NCBI GenBank assembly: GCA_043803945.1
Contig: JAZDJN010000065.1
Span: forward strand, 32,729 to 96,728
Reading direction: 5' to 3'
Origin: a bacterium
GTDB taxonomy: Bacteria > Bacteroidota > Ignavibacteria > UBA10030
DNA: 64,000 nucleotides
Below are positions 27,498 to 38,839 of this stretch, in pieces; the first letter of the stretch is position 1, and the number at the start of each line of letters is the position of its first letter. The notes beneath the pieces are model-generated. The model was not told the DNA's origin. It searched no databases and was given only the letters and a program-made list of their open reading frames with translations. A program made the position numbers and the translations under genes.

Positions 27498-29503
27498 GGT
27501 TCGTTTTCATCCATGATCAGTTCACGCTTCGAGGTGTCGATCTCTCCCAACCTCACAAGCGTACGGTTTTTGTATTGAAGTATGGTGAGAATAGGATTCA
27601 CTCTTGAGCTATCGAATACTATTCTTGAATGTAATCCTTTAAACATCTGTCCGGAAGCAAGGGTTGCCGCGATTACAGCCTTGTTCCATGGATTCTTCTT
27701 CATGGCAGTCAAGGCGAGTTTCATGATATCATACCCAAACAGGGAATTTCGCGTCGGCCGTTTGTCGAACTCTTCCCGATACTCGCGGATAAATTCCTGA
27801 TAATCAGGATCAGTTTCATTCCAATGGGCATCTGTCGCAAAGATCACACCGTTGGTTGCCAGGCGATGCAGGTCGAGTTCACCCAGGTCATACCACATGC
27901 CGCTTCCCAATAACTGTGGTCTGACATTGTAGAATTTAAGTTGTGAGGTAATGACCCCCATCTCGTTCGGAGAAGAGAGAGGGAGAAAGAGAGCATCGAT
28001 GCCGCGTGCAGGTTCTTCCATATTGTCGCGCGGTGGCCGGATTTCTTCAGTTGGGATTCCGAGTGAATCGGCAATCCGCTTTCCATTCTTCCCGAACAAT
28101 ACTTCGACGTCAAGGATTCGCTTCTTCTGTCGCAGTGTATCGAGAGTCACCCGGGAAATTCCCCACGCCAATAATTTTCGGACATCGGCTGATCGCAATC
28201 CGCTTCCAAAATTCATTACGGTGAGCTGCAATTGCTGCCAAGCCTGTTTTCGGAGAGCGAGAATTGGTTCACGGAGATCCGTTTCATCAGGTTTGTAGTG
28301 TTCAACTGCCACGATGCGTGCCCCTAGGCGCCGGGCCTCATCGATAAACGCTTCCGTCAGAAGGCTGCTGGCAGAATCAACAGCAGCGAGAACCGCCAGA
28401 TCACTCATTCCCAGAATGAGTTTCGCATATTGTGCCATCGCCCGGCCGCGAACTTCATAATCCGGATTCGCCTGAAACAGTGTCGATCCGAGATTAGTCA
28501 GGCCGTTCGATGTTGCCGTCGGCGTTATCAGCGGAACTCCGGCCTGCGCTGCAATGGGAGCGGCGGTTGCCACCTCATCACTATAAACGGGCCCAAGGAT
28601 TGCTGAAACATTTTTTTGCGCAGTGAATTCCTTAATCTGCGCAGCAACGAGCATGGTATCGTGCCTGGAATCACGCAGTTCTATAGCAATTTTTGTATCG
28701 GATTCTTCATTATGCTGGACCAGGGCAAGCCGCATCCCCTCAAGCATTTCAATTCCCACATTGTTTGTCGGGCGATCTCCGTTCTGCTGCATTAAGGGAA
28801 GCACAACACCAATCTTGGCAACTCCCCCCTCCTCGATTTTACTGAGCAGTTCGCTCGCCTGCTTGATTGCTCCTTCGTTTTCTGCCGGCGAAGAAACAGA
28901 TCGCAGAAGCCCTGCCGCTCCACCTGCGTCTCCCATATTGAGAAGGCGCTCGGCAAGCACCGAAGCAAAAATTGCACGGACTTCATCACTTCCGGCCCGA
29001 TCGATGAGTCCTCGAATTTCCTTCGTTGTCAGGCGGATTGCAATCAGCGAATTTAAAATCTGCCTCGATTTTTTCTTCAACTGCTGATCAGCCGCTTTGT
29101 TTTCAAGCAGCAGCAACTCGGTTGCGGCGTTCAGATACTCTTTTTGACTGTAGTAATTCAAGGCGAGTGTGTAGTACGCATCGGCAGTAAACCGGGAGTC
29201 GGCATACCGTGCAATCAGTTGCTCGAGGTGTTTCACAGAATTCCGATAATCTCCCGTGAAGTAGTACGCCTTTGCGGCCATCAGGAATGATGCCGTAGTC
29301 CGTTGATGGGCTGGAAATTGTAGGACGATTCGGGAAAATACCGATGCTGCTGTCGTGTACCTGCCTGCCCGGTACTGGTTGAGGCCATCCTGGAAAAGTG
29401 TTTCAACATCGGCACGGAAATTAACGGAATCGCGTAATGATTGTTGAAATCCAAAGAGTGAACTGGCGATGAAAATCAGAGGGAGCAACAGTTTTATGGT
29501 CAT
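27494..29503 (-). CDS. TPR + periplasmic-binding-fold protein (LpoA/LppC-like)
   Basis: Signal peptide, BamD-like TPRs, KIGVVLPL, AILGPVYS, VPLITPTA, GYD. Confidence 0.7.
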   Translation of the reverse strand: MTIKLLLPLIFIASSLFGFQQSLRDSVNFRADVETLFQDGLNQYRAGRYTTAASVFSRIVLQFPAHQRTTASFLMAAKAYYFTGDYRNSVKHLEQLIARYADSRFTADAYYTLALNYYSQKEYLNAATELLLLENKAADQQLKKKSRQILNSLIAIRLTTKEIRGLIDRAGSDEVRAIFASVLAERLLNMGDAGGAAGLLRSVSSPAENEGAIKQASELLSKIEEGGVAKIGVVLPLMQQNGDRPTNNVGIEMLEGMRLALVQHNEESDTKIAIELRDSRHDTMLVAAQIKEFTAQKNVSAILGPVYSDEVATAAPIAAQAGVPLITPTATSNGLTNLGSTLFQANPDYEVRGRAMAQYAKLILGMSDLAVLAAVDSASSLLTEAFIDEARRLGARIVAVEHYKPDETDLREPILALRKQAWQQLQLTVMNFGSGLRSADVRKLLAWGISRVTLDTLRQKKRILDVEVLFGKNGKRIADSLGIPTEEIRPPRDNMEEPARGIDALFLPLSSPNEMGVITSQLKFYNVRPQLLGSGMWYDLGELDLHRLATNGVIFATDAHWNETDPDYQEFIREYREEFDKRPTRNSLFGYDIMKLALTAMKKNPWNKAVIAATLASGQMFKGLHSRIVFDSSRVNPILTILQYKNRTLVRLGEIDTSKRELIMDENEP

Positions 29504-29527
29504 AGTGACGGTGCAGTAAAAAACACT

Positions 29528-30430
29528 TTACGAAGTTGATAATTGTTTCAATTCACGAGCAGCTTTCATAGCCTTTGCATTTTTCGGTTCAAGAAGCAAA
29601 GCCTGTTCAAAGCAATCACGGGCCCGTTGGAGATCACCACGCTTTAAAAAGAGATAGCCGACATCTACAACGGCATCGGTGAGCATCGGATTAAGTTCAA
29701 GAGCCCGATGGAGGTATCGTTCTGCCTCATCCAGCCTCTGAATCGACAAGAGTACTTCACCGCACATTTGCCATGCACGGGGTTCATTCGGATCGATTTC
29801 GATCGCAATAGCAAATTCATCGTATGATGCTTTCCACAGTTGCAATTTTGCGTAGGCAACACCGAGGAGATAGTGGCAAATCCAGCTTTTAGGATCAGCC
29901 TCGAGCGCTTGTGTCAAAAAGGTGATTGCTTCCTGAAACGCTCCGCGCCGAATGAGCAACTCACCCAGGGATTCGTTGATCCTCGGAAAATCCGGATTCG
30001 CTCTGCGGGCTCTGCGAAAGTGTTGCTCCGCAAGTTTACCATTATGTAACGAGTAATAGGCGAGCCCCATATTGAAATTCAGGTGCGACCGTAATTCCTT
30101 CCGGAGGGAGCGTTCTCCAATCTGGAGTTTTTTATAGTAGACAAGCGCTTTGTTATAATATCCGCGCTTAAGGTACATATTTCCGGCAAGGAAATAGATA
30201 TCATTCGGCGATGAAGTCACAGCCAAAGCCCTCAGTACCGATTTCTCTGCTGCCTCATATTGCTTCAATTCAAACTGGGCATATCCCAATTCCACCCAGG
30301 GAAGATCCAACTCCGGTACCTCTGTTGTAATCTTATAATAGAGCTGGATGGCATGGAGGAATTTTTTTTCATTAAGGAGATCTCTTGCCTGTTGAAGCCA
30401 TCCTGATATGATCGGATCATCTGCGTTCAT
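29528..30430 (-). CDS. Tetratricopeptide repeat protein
   Basis: Repeated LG..Y...A...F..AL..DP units. Confidence 0.85.
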   Translation of the reverse strand: MNADDPIISGWLQQARDLLNEKKFLHAIQLYYKITTEVPELDLPWVELGYAQFELKQYEAAEKSVLRALAVTSSPNDIYFLAGNMYLKRGYYNKALVYYKKLQIGERSLRKELRSHLNFNMGLAYYSLHNGKLAEQHFRRARRANPDFPRINESLGELLIRRGAFQEAITFLTQALEADPKSWICHYLLGVAYAKLQLWKASYDEFAIAIEIDPNEPRAWQMCGEVLLSIQRLDEAERYLHRALELNPMLTDAVVDVGYLFLKRGDLQRARDCFEQALLLEPKNAKAMKAARELKQLSTS

Positions 30431-30447
30431 CGGTATCCGTCTCTTTA

Positions 30448-32151
30448 TTAGAAATCCCGTTGGAGTGAGCGCAACCCTACAACAAATGAAAATCCCGTCA
30501 GTGCGGCGGAGATAACGGCAAAGACCGTTCCCGGAATGACAATGGATCGAAAATCAAACTGCCGGAAGATAAACAACGACGCGAAGTAATTAACAATCGG
30601 AAGATAGAAAATCACAATAAGGCTGACCAGATACACCAGCGAAACGAGAAATGTCAGTGTTGCTCCCTGGGAGGATGCGATCCGGATCGGATTCTTCTCC
30701 TGAAAATTCGAGAAGTAAGTCCCAAAACCCAGATTCAGTGAAACGAATGTGAGTGATGCAAAAAAGGTGCTGAAATAGCCGAAGTACATGAGCAACGGTA
30801 ATCGACCGCTGAATCGTGAGAATGGCAAATGATAGAAAAAGGAGACTACCATGCCCAGCACCATGACGATCCCAAGGCCGAGGCCAAATTTGATGAAGTA
30901 AAGCGTTCGAAGATTTACAGGAGCGCCAAGGATCGACCAGAATGATTTTCCTTCGAGACTTAATAGAGGGAAGACAAATCGCAACGCCAACGAACCCGAT
31001 AAAAATCCGGCAAATGTATAGAGTACCAGATAGGTCATCGTTTGAACTTCCGTCACACGCACCCGGAGATTTAAGCTCCCGACGCTCAGAACAAAAATTC
31101 CAATAAGAATCAGCATGACAATCAAATGAATCCACTGGCTGGTTTCCCGAAAGAACTGGAAGTACTCTTTCTTCAGCAGAACTTCAAACTGACTCGGCAG
31201 CCACGTTTTTTTTCGAAAGTCGAATATCTTCATCCGGCGGCCGGATTCAATGGAATTGGACATTGCCTGGAATTCGAAGGTGACCAGCCAGCTTTTAAAG
31301 TAGAATCGGTCGGCAACGAACAGTGTCAGAGCAAAAAATCCCACCGAGACGATGATCAGCGTGAGAGCAAATGGGATGGCATGGTCTGGTTGGCCTCTGG
31401 CCATGAAAAAAAGAAAATCGGCAACCCAGTTGTTTGGGAGAAATTTGAGAAAACCAGGATCGACATTCTGGAAATACTGATCGACATTCGGATAGTACTT
31501 GTTCACCTCGACAATCAACCGCATCGGATTGAAGAATCTAAAGAAAAGAAAGACCGTCAACAAATAGAGCGATGAGATGAGAGCCATTACTGCTCTGAAT
31601 CCAATCTTGCTGGCAATCTTCATGATTGACATCAGGATAAGAACAGCAACACAGGCCGAAAGAAACATAAAAGGGATGAGAACGAATACAAGCACAGCGA
31701 GGAAAACATACCATGGATAGCCGAAATAATTACCATACCCGAGCAGCACCATAAAAGCGACAAGAAACAATGTCGTGGAGCTATAGAGAAAATTATCCAA
31801 GAACTTGAGGATGAAGATATGAGTATATTCGACGGGGCGGGTGAGAAGGTATCCCACTTCGGTGGATTTATAGAGTGTTGCATACGAAACAATGATATTC
31901 CCCATATTCACAGCCATGAAGAAGACGAAGAGCATCATAGAGATAAGGCGGTGGTAGATGAACAATCCGGTTTTTGCCTCTTCCAGCACAAACTTCGTTA
32001 CACCGCCGGCGAGAAAATAAGCGACCACGGAGAATCCACCGAAGACGAGAAGTGATCCGAGCCCGCGAATAATCGAGACAGTCCTGAAGTCGAAGGTCGT
32101 CTTGACAAAGGAAATAAACTTATAGCGGAGAATGTGAAAGATTACCTGCAT
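30448..32151 (-). CDS. ABC transporter permease (putative)
   Basis: Multi-TM; LLTRPV, KKE...FFR, FP..SLEGK.FW; next to an ABC ATPase. Confidence 0.8.
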   Translation of the reverse strand: MQVIFHILRYKFISFVKTTFDFRTVSIIRGLGSLLVFGGFSVVAYFLAGGVTKFVLEEAKTGLFIYHRLISMMLFVFFMAVNMGNIIVSYATLYKSTEVGYLLTRPVEYTHIFILKFLDNFLYSSTTLFLVAFMVLLGYGNYFGYPWYVFLAVLVFVLIPFMFLSACVAVLILMSIMKIASKIGFRAVMALISSLYLLTVFLFFRFFNPMRLIVEVNKYYPNVDQYFQNVDPGFLKFLPNNWVADFLFFMARGQPDHAIPFALTLIIVSVGFFALTLFVADRFYFKSWLVTFEFQAMSNSIESGRRMKIFDFRKKTWLPSQFEVLLKKEYFQFFRETSQWIHLIVMLILIGIFVLSVGSLNLRVRVTEVQTMTYLVLYTFAGFLSGSLALRFVFPLLSLEGKSFWSILGAPVNLRTLYFIKFGLGLGIVMVLGMVVSFFYHLPFSRFSGRLPLLMYFGYFSTFFASLTFVSLNLGFGTYFSNFQEKNPIRIASSQGATLTFLVSLVYLVSLIVIFYLPIVNYFASLFIFRQFDFRSIVIPGTVFAVISAALTGFSFVVGLRSLQRDF

Positions 32152-32152
32152 C

Positions 32153-32872
32153 TTATTTTGTTATCTCCAGGAAGACTGATTCAAGATGGCCATCATACTG
32201 CTGCTTATACTGTTGAAGATCAGTCTGAGCTCCGAGAAATACAATGCGCCCATCCTTGATGATACCGATTCGGTCGCATAATTCTTCTGCGATGGCCAGA
32301 CTGTGGGTGGACATAAAGATAGTCACCCCTTCTTTTGATTTCTGCTTGAGTGTCTCACGAACAATTTTTGCGCTGCGGGGATCGAGGCCAATCATCGGTT
32401 CATCGATGATGATGGTTCTTGGTTCATGCAGCATAGCGGCTGCAATTGTCGTCCGCTGCCGCATTCCCTGCGAGTAATCCTCGGTCCGTTTATCGATCCA
32501 CGAACCAATCTCAAAATGCTCGATCAGTTCAGCAACATTTTTCTCGATGGTACTTTTCGACATCTTGAACAGACCGCCAACGAAATAGAGGAATTCCCTC
32601 CCCGTTAGCTTATCATAGAGGAAGGGTTGATCAGGAATGTACGCAACGGTCCGCTTTGCCTGCATCGGCTGTGTGGCGACATTAAATCCATTGATTTTAA
32701 TTTCACCCTTGGTTGGTGTGAAGAGGCCGGTCATCATCTTGATGGTCGTCGTTTTGCCTGCACCATTCGGACCCAGAAAACCGAAAAATTCTCCCGGCGG
32801 TACCACCAGCGAGATGGCATCGACTGCTGTAAAGCTTCCGAATTTCTTGGTTACGTTTATTATTTCAATCAT
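32153..32872 (-). CDS. ABC transporter ATP-binding protein
   Basis: GPNGAGKTT, YSQGMRQR, IDEPMIGLDP, STH. Confidence 0.93.
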   Translation of the reverse strand: MIEIINVTKKFGSFTAVDAISLVVPPGEFFGFLGPNGAGKTTTIKMMTGLFTPTKGEIKINGFNVATQPMQAKRTVAYIPDQPFLYDKLTGREFLYFVGGLFKMSKSTIEKNVAELIEHFEIGSWIDKRTEDYSQGMRQRTTIAAAMLHEPRTIIIDEPMIGLDPRSAKIVRETLKQKSKEGVTIFMSTHSLAIAEELCDRIGIIKDGRIVFLGAQTDLQQYKQQYDGHLESVFLEITK

Positions 32873-32972
32873 AGCTCTTCAACACTCTCAATTAATGATA
32901 TGTCCGATATTTCAAGCCGTACTCTGAACTACGGATAGCGGGTTACTGCCGTCATTCAAGATTTCTTAGAAA

Positions 32973-34517
32973 TTATTCCCATTCGATCGTTGCCGGGGGT
33001 TTCGAGCTAATATCATACACGACCCGATTGATCCCCCGAATTTCGTTGATAATACGATTCGAGATTCGGGCAAGCACATCCGGAGGAATTCGTGCCCAAT
33101 CTGCAGTCATTCCATCGACACTGGTGACTGCGCGCAGGGCTACCGTATTCTCATACGTACGATCATCCCCCATCACACCGACAGAGCGAATAGGGAGAAG
33201 GATAGCGAATGCCTGCCAAATGTCATTATAGAGCCCCGCTTCCCGAATGCCTTTGATGTAAATCTCATCGGCGTCACGGAGCCAATCGAGTTTCTCTTCT
33301 GTAATCTCCCCCAGCACTCGAACCGCGAGTCCGGGCCCCGGAAACGGATGACGCTCGATGAAGTGCACAGGAAGCTTGAGCATTCTTCCGACTTCTCGAA
33401 CCTCATCTTTAAACAGTTCGCGGAAGGGTTCGATGAGTTTGAAATTCATGGTCTCAGGCAGCCCGCCGACATTATGATGAGTCTTGATCGTAACGGAAGG
33501 GCCTTTGAAGGAGGTCGATTCAATCACATCCGGGTAAAGTGTTCCCTGCGCCAGAAAATCAAACGAGCCTTCCAGCTTCTTCGATTCTTCTTCAAAAATC
33601 TCAATGAACGTATGACCAATAATTTTTCTCTTCCGTTCAGGATCCGAGATACCTTTCAGGTTTGTAAGGAATCTCTCAGAGGCATCCACATAGGTCAAAT
33701 CCATGTGAAAATATTCTCTGAACGTTCTCACCACCTCTTCACTCTCATTCTTCCTCATCAATCCGTTATTGATGTGAAGACAATGAAGCTGGCGGCCGAG
33801 TGCCTGCTGAAGGAGCACAGCAAGGACCGAGGAATCTACCCCTCCACTTAACGCACAAAGGACATGGGATGTTCCCACCGCTGCGCGGATTTCCCGGATT
33901 GATCGTTCGATGAAGTGTGCCGGTGTCCAATCTCCTTTTGCACCACAAATAGTTAGCACAAAATTCGAGAGGACGATTTTCCCCTGGGGGGTATGTACCA
34001 CTTCAGGATGAAACTGAACCCCATAGATCCGTTTTTCTTTATTTCGAATCGCAGAGATGAGGGCATTATCCGTATGGGCGATCGGTTCGAAACCGGTAGG
34101 AAGTTGAGTCAAGGCATCGCCATGGCTCATCCAGACCGATGGTGATGTTTCCAAATCCTTTAAAAGATCATCTGCGTGATCAATTCTTAACCTGGCATGG
34201 CCAAATTCTCTTCGGGCCGACGCATCCACTTTTCCACCCAACTGATAGGCAATAAGCTGCAATCCATAACAAATTCCGAGGATGGGAATTTCCAACTCGA
34301 AAATTTCCGGTCGCGGGCGAGGTGCCTGTTCTGCATACACGCTCGATGGACCACCAGAGAGAATAATCCCGACCGGCTTCAATTGAGAGATTTTTTCGAT
34401 GGAGATGGTAAATGGATGAATCTCCGAATACACCCCAAGTTCACGAACACGGCGAGCAATCAATTGAGTATATTGAGATCCAAAATCGAGGACGAGAATC
34501 AGGTCAGTATGTTCCAT
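32973..34517 (-). CDS. guaA: GMP synthase (glutamine-hydrolysing)
   Basis: [50 protein letters not shown]. Confidence 0.98.
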   Translation of the reverse strand: MEHTDLILVLDFGSQYTQLIARRVRELGVYSEIHPFTISIEKISQLKPVGIILSGGPSSVYAEQAPRPRPEIFELEIPILGICYGLQLIAYQLGGKVDASARREFGHARLRIDHADDLLKDLETSPSVWMSHGDALTQLPTGFEPIAHTDNALISAIRNKEKRIYGVQFHPEVVHTPQGKIVLSNFVLTICGAKGDWTPAHFIERSIREIRAAVGTSHVLCALSGGVDSSVLAVLLQQALGRQLHCLHINNGLMRKNESEEVVRTFREYFHMDLTYVDASERFLTNLKGISDPERKRKIIGHTFIEIFEEESKKLEGSFDFLAQGTLYPDVIESTSFKGPSVTIKTHHNVGGLPETMNFKLIEPFRELFKDEVREVGRMLKLPVHFIERHPFPGPGLAVRVLGEITEEKLDWLRDADEIYIKGIREAGLYNDIWQAFAILLPIRSVGVMGDDRTYENTVALRAVTSVDGMTADWARIPPDVLARISNRIINEIRGINRVVYDISSKPPATIEWE

Positions 34518-35081
34518 AAGTAAATATAGAAAAATATCTCAGCCAATCCAATGAAGCACGCTTCAGCAGTACTCAACAACAAAAAAAAGTGAAGATCCAT
34601 TATTCATTATCAATCGCTCATCGATCAGGAGAAGTGGAGCATTGCACCAACCCTAATAATTTCCTTGTTGTTATTCACTGCTCTCCAGCTCCGAGAGAAT
34701 GATTGCAAAGAATGTATCCCTGGTCGATGCCAAGGAGAAAAAAAATCTATACCCTTTTAATATTTTCCTTATCCTTAGTGATTCTCGTTAGCGAAATTTT
34801 CCTCACTACACTCAAACATCACGTATCCAAGCCCGATGATTTTTTTGCAGTTGCTTCATCCATTTTTCCACCAAGGAATGAGTTCCAATTCCGCACACAA
34901 CGCAAAGCGGAATACACAAATTCCAATCATTTCACCTGTTTAGTCCACTACACGTTTCGGATACACCTTAGTACATTGTTTTATGGTATGATGGCGAAAA
35001 ACCACTCGAAATGAGGGGAAATTCGGGCACATCTCTTGATATTAACTATTCAGCAAGAGTAATTTAACAACGAGGTGCCAA

Positions 35082-36476
35082 ATGAAAACCTTCCTAATAC
35101 TGCTAACAACACTTTCACTGATCTCCGGTCTCTCCTTTGCCGGTGACATTGAATTCGTGAACGGAATAGCACCAACCATCACACCCGGTGCTGACATAGA
35201 ATTCGGTGTATTCCTCTCCGCCCTTGCTTCTCATGGCGAATGGCTCGAAATTCGCGCTGGATTCCATGTATGGCGTCCCCATCGCACCCAATCGCAGTGG
35301 AGACCATACTTATACGGAAGATGGGCATGGACCGATTATGGATGGTACTGGGTTTCCTCTGAGCCATACGGATGGGCTGTTTACCATTATGGACGCTGGT
35401 ACTATGACGATTACTACGGGTGGATTTGGATACCCGATGAGGTTTGGGGACCGGCTTGGGTGGAGTGGCGTTATAACGACGACTACATCGGCTGGGCTCC
35501 GCTGCCTCCTTATGCACATTTCAGTTTTAATCTTGGCCTACATTTTTCTCTGAGTTGGAATTCGCCTTTTCACTATTGGAACTTCACACGGTACCGTCAC
35601 TTTGGATCGCATACCATGGTTAATCACATTGAACCGATGTCGTACACACGGCGGATCATCGGATCAACCCGTTCGATTCGACAATTCGAGTATACCCAGG
35701 ATCGAATCATGAATCGAGGTCTCGAACCATCGATGATCGAGAGGCGAGGTTCAACCCGCATTACTCGGACAGATATCATAGATCGCTCCACGGACGGCGA
35801 ACGTACAATTCGTGATAGAGACAGGGAAAGGATTGAAGTCTACAGGCCAGGCAGAACAGAATTATCGGAATCACGCGGCAGAGTGGAGATCCGGACAGCA
35901 GAACGGAGCCCCTCACTGGATTTCGATCGTATTATGGAGGGCAGGCGCCTTGACAACGATTCTGCGATTCGACGGTCTGAAGGCACTGCTCGCTCTTCTG
36001 AAGAACAGAGACCGGCTCGCAGCGACGAAGGCGCAACACGAAGAAATGAAACAGAATCGCGACAACAACAAATTGAAGAACGTTCTGCGCAACAAACTCC
36101 TCAACGAACAGAAACGCGCTCGCGGCAATCCGAACAGCGGCCATCGACTATCGAAGAGCGGATCCGTGAATCACGAAAGGCAGCGGAGCAGCAGCGTGAG
36201 GAACAACGCCGGGAAATGGCGCCTTCGAAGAATCAGCCGGAAGCTGGGAAAAGAAGTGAAGGAACCCGGTCGCAGCCCAACATTTTTCAACAGCAGCAGG
36301 AACGCCGTGAGGCAACCCGTGAGCGGAATACGCGGGAACAACAGCGGGAGGTTCGGCGAGAATCTTCGCCACCGGCGCAACGGATAGAGCCACCCCGCAG
36401 CAATCCTCCGGCACAGAGAGAGAGTTCGAGGGGAACGGAATCCAAGCAGCGTGAAAGCGGCCGACGGCGAGGCTGA
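35082..36476 (+). CDS. Secreted protein with W/Y/G-rich domain (DUF6600-like) and a low-complexity R/E/Q/S tail
   Basis: Signal peptide; WRPY..GRW.WTDYGWYWVS.EPYGWAVYHYGRW, WGPAWVEWR, GWAPLPP; GAGGTG RBS. Confidence 0.75.
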   Translation: MKTFLILLTTLSLISGLSFAGDIEFVNGIAPTITPGADIEFGVFLSALASHGEWLEIRAGFHVWRPHRTQSQWRPYLYGRWAWTDYGWYWVSSEPYGWAVYHYGRWYYDDYYGWIWIPDEVWGPAWVEWRYNDDYIGWAPLPPYAHFSFNLGLHFSLSWNSPFHYWNFTRYRHFGSHTMVNHIEPMSYTRRIIGSTRSIRQFEYTQDRIMNRGLEPSMIERRGSTRITRTDIIDRSTDGERTIRDRDRERIEVYRPGRTELSESRGRVEIRTAERSPSLDFDRIMEGRRLDNDSAIRRSEGTARSSEEQRPARSDEGATRRNETESRQQQIEERSAQQTPQRTETRSRQSEQRPSTIEERIRESRKAAEQQREEQRREMAPSKNQPEAGKRSEGTRSQPNIFQQQQERREATRERNTREQQREVRRESSPPAQRIEPPRSNPPAQRESSRGTESKQRESGRRRG

Positions 36477-36498
36477 GATCGACAATGTGAGAAAACAG

Positions 36499-36524
36499 AA
36501 CGGCTCATCGATCGATGAGCCGTT
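36499..36524. terminator. Perfect 26-bp palindrome between convergent genes, probable terminator
   Basis: AACGGCTCATCGA|TCGATGAGCCGTT. Confidence 0.55.
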
Positions 36525-36545
36525 GCCTTGTACACAGAGGCTTTC

Positions 36546-37526
36546 CTATTTCAGGTGTGAAAGCACAGTTTGAAAATCCTCTGGCAGCTCTGTTTCAAAG
36601 TACACCTGTTTCCGGGTTGTCGGATGGAGGAATCCGATGGTCTTAGCGTGTAACGCTTGTCGGAGAATAATTTTCAAGAGGTTTTGGATCTGCTGGGATT
36701 TCTTTCCTTCCAATCCACCCCAAGTGGCACTTCGCCCTCCATACGTAGCATCGCCAAAGACAGGATGGCCCACGTGAGCAAGATGGACTCTGATTTGGTG
36801 TGTCCTGCCTGTTTTAAGCCGCAGTCGTACAAGCGAGAGATGTTCAAACCGCTCCAGCACTTCATACTCTGTGATGGCTGTTTTGCCATCGGCCGTCACG
36901 GTAACTTTTTTCCGATCCTTCTTACTCCGACCGAGACTCGCCTCAATGATGCCCTTTGGTTCTTTAAATGATCCCCACACAATTGCCCAGTATTCCCGGG
37001 TGATGGTTCGTTTGGAAAACTGTTTTGCGAGGAGATGATGGGCAATGTCATTCTTTGCCACTACCATCAGTCCTGAAGTATCTTTATCCAATCGATGAAC
37101 GATCCCCGGCCGGATTTCCGTGTTCACGGCAGAAAGATTCTGTGTATGGTAGAGAAGAGCGTTGACCAATGTACCAGAATAGTTGTTGTACGCGGGGTGC
37201 GTTACCATCCCCGGAGGCTTGTTGACGATTAACAGTTGATCATCTTCGTAAACGATCTCGAGAGGAATTTCTTCGGGCTTGGCTTCCATCTTTGGCGGGT
37301 GCTGCATTTCAATATCGATCACTTCACCGCCCGTAATGGGGAAACTCACTTTCACCTTGCGGCCATCGACAAGGACCAAACCCTCGCGTACGGCGGTTTG
37401 AATCTTATTCCTCGTGGCATTTTCTACATGATGTGTCAGGTAGAGGTCGAGGCGTGTTTTTTTCTGATGCGGTGGAACAATAATATGAAGTGTGTGCCGC
37501 TCAGTCACTGTTCCTTGGGATGGCAT
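36546..37526 (-). CDS. rluD: RluA/RluD family 23S rRNA pseudouridine synthase
   Basis: S4 domain RLDLYL, VNKPPGMVTHP, GIVHRLDKDTSG, TGRTHQIRVH, QALHA. Confidence 0.92.
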   Translation of the reverse strand: MPSQGTVTERHTLHIIVPPHQKKTRLDLYLTHHVENATRNKIQTAVREGLVLVDGRKVKVSFPITGGEVIDIEMQHPPKMEAKPEEIPLEIVYEDDQLLIVNKPPGMVTHPAYNNYSGTLVNALLYHTQNLSAVNTEIRPGIVHRLDKDTSGLMVVAKNDIAHHLLAKQFSKRTITREYWAIVWGSFKEPKGIIEASLGRSKKDRKKVTVTADGKTAITEYEVLERFEHLSLVRLRLKTGRTHQIRVHLAHVGHPVFGDATYGGRSATWGGLEGKKSQQIQNLLKIILRQALHAKTIGFLHPTTRKQVYFETELPEDFQTVLSHLK

Positions 37527-37539
37527 GGAGGAGGACAGG

Positions 37540-38184
37540 TTAAACAGAGGGTGAATTAAAATCTGATCGCGGAGCCTGTCCCGGAGTGTTGGGGGTTTCT
37601 GCCGCAACCGGAACCGGTTCAATCACAGGCTGGGATGCAGATTTCTCGACAATCGTAAACCGTCGATGGAAGATGAGAAGCAGTATGACTCCGCATGTCA
37701 CTGAGGCATCGGCAATATTAAATATCGGAAATCGCGACATATGAAAACCGAGGAAGTTGATTGTAAAAAAATCAACATCGATGAAATCGACCACTCGACC
37801 ATAGAATAACGGAGCCTCACCGAAAAAGACTCCATAGAACATCCGATCGATAAAGTTGCCGATCGCTCCACCGAGTATCATCGCGAGTGAGATACGAATG
37901 ATCAGCGACTCCTTCCGGATTTTTATCAAGTACACGAAAATGCCGATTGCAGCGATAAGTGAAAATAAGGTGAGAAAGAGCTTTCCCCCGGGATCGATGC
38001 CAAAAACCATTCCAGGATTTTCAATGTAGGTCAATCGGAGAAAGTCACCGATAATCGAGTAGCTTGATCCGATTGGAACTCCGGGTTGATATAAATCCAC
38101 CCAGGGAAGATGAAATCCCTTGATAAGGAGTTTTGAGACCTGATCAAGCACAACAATAACGACCGTAACATAGAGGACACGCAT
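37540..38184 (-). CDS. lspA: Lipoprotein signal peptidase
   Basis: DQVSK, ENPGM.FG, GGAIGNFIDR, VVDFI, IFNIAD. Confidence 0.95.
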   Translation of the reverse strand: MRVLYVTVVIVVLDQVSKLLIKGFHLPWVDLYQPGVPIGSSYSIIGDFLRLTYIENPGMVFGIDPGGKLFLTLFSLIAAIGIFVYLIKIRKESLIIRISLAMILGGAIGNFIDRMFYGVFFGEAPLFYGRVVDFIDVDFFTINFLGFHMSRFPIFNIADASVTCGVILLLIFHRRFTIVEKSASQPVIEPVPVAAETPNTPGQAPRSDFNSPSV

Positions 38185-38251
38185 AGAGATCTAATTAGTG
38201 ATCAATCGATGATTAGAATCTTGGTATGGATACGGCAATGGCTCAGAGATG

Positions 38252-38755
38252 TTACTTACCTCGCTTCAACTTGCATTTGATGCAAAGCTGGGCATGGGGT
38301 ACTGCCTCGAGCCGTTCACGATCAATAAGATCGCTGCAATCGCTGCAGAAACCGTATTCTCCCTTCTCGATCCGCTTGAGTGCATCATCGAGATAGTTTA
38401 AAAATTTCCCTTCACGCGAAGCGAAGAGAAATGTCTTTTCCCTCTCCATGGTATCAGTGCCCTGCTCCATATGGAGAGAATAGGTGGAATTCTCGATGAC
38501 ATATTCACCGGTCTGTACATCCATCATACTCGATTTTAAGCTTTCCAGTTCGTCGAGAATTTCCTTCCGCTTCTCAATGATAATTTCCTTGAAGCGTGCA
38601 AGTTCAGTCTTACTGAATCCTTTCTTCGCTACAGGAGTTTTCGATGGTGCAGGCTTGGCCTTGGTTTTTACCGGTTTCGCCTTGGCAGTCGTCTTTGTCT
38701 TGACGAGCTTACTCTTCGTTGAAGAAGGTGTTTTCTTGCTGATTTTCTTTGCCAT
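38252..38755 (-). CDS. TraR/DksA C4-type zinc finger protein
   Basis: Lys-rich N-tail, ALKRIEKGEYGFCSDC..I..ERLEAVPHAQLCIKC. Confidence 0.9.
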   Translation of the reverse strand: MAKKISKKTPSSTKSKLVKTKTTAKAKPVKTKAKPAPSKTPVAKKGFSKTELARFKEIIIEKRKEILDELESLKSSMMDVQTGEYVIENSTYSLHMEQGTDTMEREKTFLFASREGKFLNYLDDALKRIEKGEYGFCSDCSDLIDRERLEAVPHAQLCIKCKLKRGK

Positions 38756-38839
38756 AGTAAATCTCCTGTTATTGGAATACTACATCCGGTGTTCGTTCAT
38801 CGCAATCGAATAAAAAATCAACTGAATGTCAACTTAATT

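Noticed and set aside
34520-35080. Possible purine riboswitch or small gene upstream of guaA
   Set aside because: No purine-riboswitch consensus recognised; ORF 34703-35014 lacks an RBS or recognisable features.
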